Assembly: GCA_003663025.1 (NCBI GenBank)
Contig: QMZE01000001.1
Span: forward strand, 8,097 to 72,096
DNA: 64,000 nucleotides
Reading direction: 5' to 3'
DNA from: Archaeoglobales archaeon
GTDB lineage: Archaea > Halobacteriota > Archaeoglobi > Archaeoglobales > Archaeoglobaceae
Under the pieces are notes generated by a model, which saw only the letters and a list, made by a program, of their open reading frames with translations, was not told the DNA's origin and did not search any database. Each line of letters starts with the position of its first letter. Position 1 is the stretch's first letter. Of this stretch, positions 60,605 through 64,000 are shown one piece after another. Both the position numbers and the translations under genes were made by a program.

Positions 60605-61615
60605 ATGCATAAAATTATCGACCAGACGAATGACGCCGGCCATGCGCTGCTTCGGGTTGTTTTGGATGAGTATCCTCACATGCGGGAGATGACTAAAGAA
60701 GCAGAGCTGGGAGTACAGGAACTCAGTGACCTGCCGGACCATGCGTTTGCGTGGCCTGGACGCCGACAGTTCCCTATCCACAATCGTGAGCATGCGATCA
60801 TTTCGTACGGCTACAGTAAGCATGCAAGCGCCCTTCCTTCAGATGTAACTGAACGGCTGGACACTGCAGTAGACGCTTACGACATCGACACCTCTGCGTT
60901 TGAGGCCCCCCTTCAACTCGAGAAAGAAGCATCTAATGAGGAGTGGCTTCTCCCTGAGAAAAGCCGTTTCAGGATTAAGGAGGCCGCAGATGTTGGGTAC
61001 GCAGAGGAAGCCCTTCATTCCCGCTACAATGAGCTGGATATAGCAGACCGTGCTACTGCCATGCGTAATCTGGTGAAGGTTGCTGCGCGATACGCCGTAG
61101 AGTTACGCCCCCTCACCCATAAGCTGGGCAGCTTCACTATGACAAGCACCAGGCGTCTGCAGGACTATGTGGCTGCAAGGTGCTCCGTTGCGACTAAGCT
61201 TGGATCAGAGGTGGCACCTGCATATAGTATGCTGGAAAAAGAACTACAGAAACGGGACCCGTACATTGCAGAAACGGTAGAGCAGGTGAAGGTAGCAAGA
61301 CTACTGGAAGGTCTCGACAAACAGTCGGGGGTAGATGCGTACTATGCAAAAGGAGTCCCAGATCCTCTCCGTAGTGTATTCAACACAGAGAAACTGGCCT
61401 CGGAACAAGTCCAGATTAACGGTGAGTTTTTTGATAAGACATTGCTGGGTGGGATCCCCGTTACGTTCTGGAAAGATGCTTTAGGAGATGATGTGGTGTC
61501 CGAGATCACAACTGACGGAGAGGTGAGTCCCGACAAGTTGAGCGAAGTGATCATGACTCTTCCTCAGGATGTGAAGACCACTTTGGTCACACAGCTAAAG
61601 CCTTATAAAAAGTAA
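60605..61615 (+). CDS. Hypothetical protein, probable head-associated
   Basis: TATAAT at 60562 and AAGGA SD before ATG 60605; LPD.AFAWPG.R.FPIH motif; many K-x-[AG] motifs. Confidence 0.65.
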   Translation: MHKIIDQTNDAGHALLRVVLDEYPHMREMTKEAELGVQELSDLPDHAFAWPGRRQFPIHNREHAIISYGYSKHASALPSDVTERLDTAVDAYDIDTSAFEAPLQLEKEASNEEWLLPEKSRFRIKEAADVGYAEEALHSRYNELDIADRATAMRNLVKVAARYAVELRPLTHKLGSFTMTSTRRLQDYVAARCSVATKLGSEVAPAYSMLEKELQKRDPYIAETVEQVKVARLLEGLDKQSGVDAYYAKGVPDPLRSVFNTEKLASEQVQINGEFFDKTLLGGIPVTFWKDALGDDVVSEITTDGEVSPDKLSEVIMTLPQDVKTTLVTQLKPYKK

Positions 61616-62367
61616 TGTACGAACCCGTAGATAAACTTGTATCGCATATCCCTACCATGCAGCGGAAGCTTACGAAGACCGCAGCACAGGAGGAGTATGC
61701 CGAACAATTGATGAAGGCTCCCGACAACCATACGGCTGCTGCGTTGTACATGGCAGCCAGGACTGTATACAGTCTGGACATCCTCACTTGGGAACCGGAG
61801 ACTATGTGGCAGACCTTCGAAGGGGACGGCTACATATGGGAAGAAGAGGCCCGCAACAAGTTGCAAGCTGCTATTACCTTGGTTCTGAATCCCTCTTTCT
61901 ACTGGGACAGCATTGTATTCCAACAGACTGTACAGGCACTTAACGACCAGCCTTTCGATCCTGAAGCACTTCAGGAGCCTGCGATAAGCCACATGTGCTG
62001 GGCAGTTTATGAGGCTGGAATAATCCGAGGGCTAGACCCTGATGATCCAGAGATGATCCCGGAGTTCGACGAGGACGTACAGATGTTTACAGCTGTAGTG
62101 TTGAAGCGTGCGGGATGTATTTACCCTCCAAAGCCTCTCCGCTATTCTACTGATGCGCTGACCAGCTTGTATCCTGTGGATACTGCACCGATGAAAAAAG
62201 ATGTCGCCAAAGCTTGGAAAGCTGTAAATCAAAACCGGCTCGAGAGTACTACTTTCTCGGAGACACCGGTAGACGTACAGCTTACCAAGTTGGCAATTTG
62301 CTATCTTTATGTTCGGGAGCGGTCGGAAGATTTAGCTGAGGAGCTGCTAGGCTTTCGCCTTACCTGA
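61615..62367 (+). CDS. Hypothetical protein
   Basis: TAATG-coupled; helical; converges on and overlaps the ATPase gene end. Confidence 0.65.
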   Translation: MYEPVDKLVSHIPTMQRKLTKTAAQEEYAEQLMKAPDNHTAAALYMAARTVYSLDILTWEPETMWQTFEGDGYIWEEEARNKLQAAITLVLNPSFYWDSIVFQQTVQALNDQPFDPEALQEPAISHMCWAVYEAGIIRGLDPDDPEMIPEFDEDVQMFTAVVLKRAGCIYPPKPLRYSTDALTSLYPVDTAPMKKDVAKAWKAVNQNRLESTTFSETPVDVQLTKLAICYLYVRERSEDLAEELLGFRLT

Positions 62368-63600
62368 TCGGAAATCCTGATCCACAGCTCTGTGCGCTTC
62401 GTCCATGTTCTTATGGGCTTCCACCCACTCGTCATGTTGGTACATCTCCCGCATCAGATCCTTCAGGTAATCTTCCGACCCGTTGTCTTCAGCTACCTTG
62501 CGAATCGAGTACATTATTGAGCCTGTATTCTCCGTGGGCTGATCCACGATGAACTTCACAAAGTTCTTCGCAGTTCGTGTGATGTTGGCAGGACATTTGC
62601 TGAACAGAATGCTCAGTACATTCATATTCAGCTCCATCAATACTTCGTTGTTGGAGCTAGATATGAGCTTGTCCACCTTCTTCTTCACCTTAGAATAACG
62701 CTCTAACACGTCCAGGGGGTTGATAGCTGTAGCGCTATCCTTCATGAACGCTGAGATGCTTGATGCTGAGGCCTGCCCGATGCTCGAGGCAAACATCAGA
62801 TAGGCAAAGCTTCCTTCTAGAGGAATCTTTTCTTGCTCAAGGAGGTACGCGTTCATTGAGATTGTTTGGATAGTTGCAGGACATACATAGGATTTGTTCG
62901 ACTCTCTTGCCCTCTTGTTGTCGATCTCGGTAGGCTTCGTTTCGAAATACTCGAGAATAGCCGGATGGCAAGGCTTTCTTCCTCCGAGAGCCTCGATATC
63001 CACGTCCGTGGAGTGGAAGTTCTCCGATGCCGCATGCTTGAGAAACTCTTTGGCACTCGGGATTACATACACGAATTTCAATCGGCGACGAAGTGCGGCG
63101 TTGTTTTCGATCTGCGTTACGGCGTACTGCTCCGTATTCGGATTCATGGTTGCCACTACTAGAGTATCCTTCGGAAGCATGTAATCGAACATCTTCCTAT
63201 CTTCGATCATTGAGAAGAACATAGATATCGCGTGCGCTTGACCCTGGTTCAGCTCGTCAAAGTTTAAGATTACCTTTTCGTTTTCCCCTGGAAAGATTTC
63301 TGGAAGTTTGATCTTGAAGAAGTTCTCTCCCTTGGCATCTTTCACGGACGGTATTCCCGTTCCCATCAGTCCGAAGTGTGCTGTCCGCACGTCACATACA
63401 GTCGCACCCATCTCCTCGGCTACCTGGTGCACGATTTGGGACTTCCCCATACCCGCTTCCCCAACGAGGCACCACACTCCTCTGAATGCTTTGTGCTCCA
63501 TGGCGAACTTGAGTTGTTCTTTGATCTCGCTGATGTTCCCCGAAGGGATGTCGTATCTCTCGGCGTAGGACAATGTTTCTTTCGCTTCTTTTCTTGCCAT
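62347..63600 (-). CDS. MoxR-type AAA+ ATPase
   Basis: GEAGMGKS Walker A, LNFDELN Walker B, ATMNP sensor, ALRRR Arg finger; GGAGG SD. Confidence 0.9.
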   Translation of the reverse strand: MARKEAKETLSYAERYDIPSGNISEIKEQLKFAMEHKAFRGVWCLVGEAGMGKSQIVHQVAEEMGATVCDVRTAHFGLMGTGIPSVKDAKGENFFKIKLPEIFPGENEKVILNFDELNQGQAHAISMFFSMIEDRKMFDYMLPKDTLVVATMNPNTEQYAVTQIENNAALRRRLKFVYVIPSAKEFLKHAASENFHSTDVDIEALGGRKPCHPAILEYFETKPTEIDNKRARESNKSYVCPATIQTISMNAYLLEQEKIPLEGSFAYLMFASSIGQASASSISAFMKDSATAINPLDVLERYSKVKKKVDKLISSSNNEVLMELNMNVLSILFSKCPANITRTAKNFVKFIVDQPTENTGSIMYSIRKVAEDNGSEDYLKDLMREMYQHDEWVEAHKNMDEAHRAVDQDFRSGKAKA

Positions 63601-63629
63601 ATGATCCTCCTGTTACTATGGTTAGTGCG

Positions 63630-64000
63630 ATGGCACCACTTAGCGCATACTTGAGCGATGTAGCTGAGGCCTGGATCAAACTAGACGGTAAAGATTTCCG
63701 CTTGGATGATTGGCCAATGCATCGCGCCATATACGACGGTAGGCACTTACGCACCTTGTTAAAGACAAGTCGGCAGGTAGGTAAGTCTACTACCCTGGCC
63801 AACTTTTGCATTGTTGAGTGCAGTCTTATACCTCATTTTTCCTCAATGTTCGTTACTCCCAGCAAGGAGCAGACAGTACGTTTCTCCAATTCCAGAGTAC
63901 AGAAGACTATGCGGTACTCTCCTATTATTAACAGGCGCTTTCTGCACCCTGAACTCTCAGACCGTGTGTTCCATAAGCAGTTCACTAATGGAGCAGAGAT
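63630..64000 (+). CDS. terL: Terminase large subunit, 5' part (runs off the window)
   Basis: Hand translation: MAPLSAYLSD...F.LDDWPM.RAIYD...LLKTSRQVGKSTTL...FVTPSKEQ..RFS..R...F.NG.E; no stop to window end; alternative ATG 63618. Confidence 0.85.
   Translation, partial: MAPLSAYLSDVAEAWIKLDGKDFRLDDWPMHRAIYDGRHLRTLLKTSRQVGKSTTLANFCIVECSLIPHFSSMFVTPSKEQTVRFSNSRVQKTMRYSPIINRRFLHPELSDRVFHKQFTNGAE

Noticed and set aside
1-64000. Stop-codon reassignment
   Set aside because: Long genes are intact in the standard code, and TAA, TAG and TGA all terminate coupled genes

Overview
A densely coding 64-kb segment of a large (jumbo-type) tailed phage with a contractile, myovirus-like tail, apparently using the standard genetic code. 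Host cannot be determined from the sequence. Plus-strand blocks are mostly virion genes: tail fibres/spikes, a chaperone pair and tape measure, a baseplate hub with an SLT domain, a sigma-70-type factor, an amidase, gp25-/gpJ-like wedge proteins, putative head proteins, and the 5' end of the terminase large subunit at the right edge. Minus-strand islands carry nucleotide and DNA-metabolism genes: dNMP kinase, DinG-type helicase, class II RNR, RuvC-like resolvase, MoxR AAA+ ATPase and a vWA-metallopeptidase. The best candidate for a novel system is a retron-like reverse transcriptase (57273-58412) with a Cys/His insertion. It is tightly coupled to two unknown Cys-rich proteins and the vWA-peptidase, and has no intergenic space upstream for an msr-msd RNA. 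Two unannotated structured-RNA candidates lie elsewhere: three tandem covarying hairpins at 6145-6231 and a four-way-junction element at 14279-14401. A likely -1 frameshift (GGATTTT) precedes the tape measure. All calls come from reading motifs by eye; no searches or folding programs were run.
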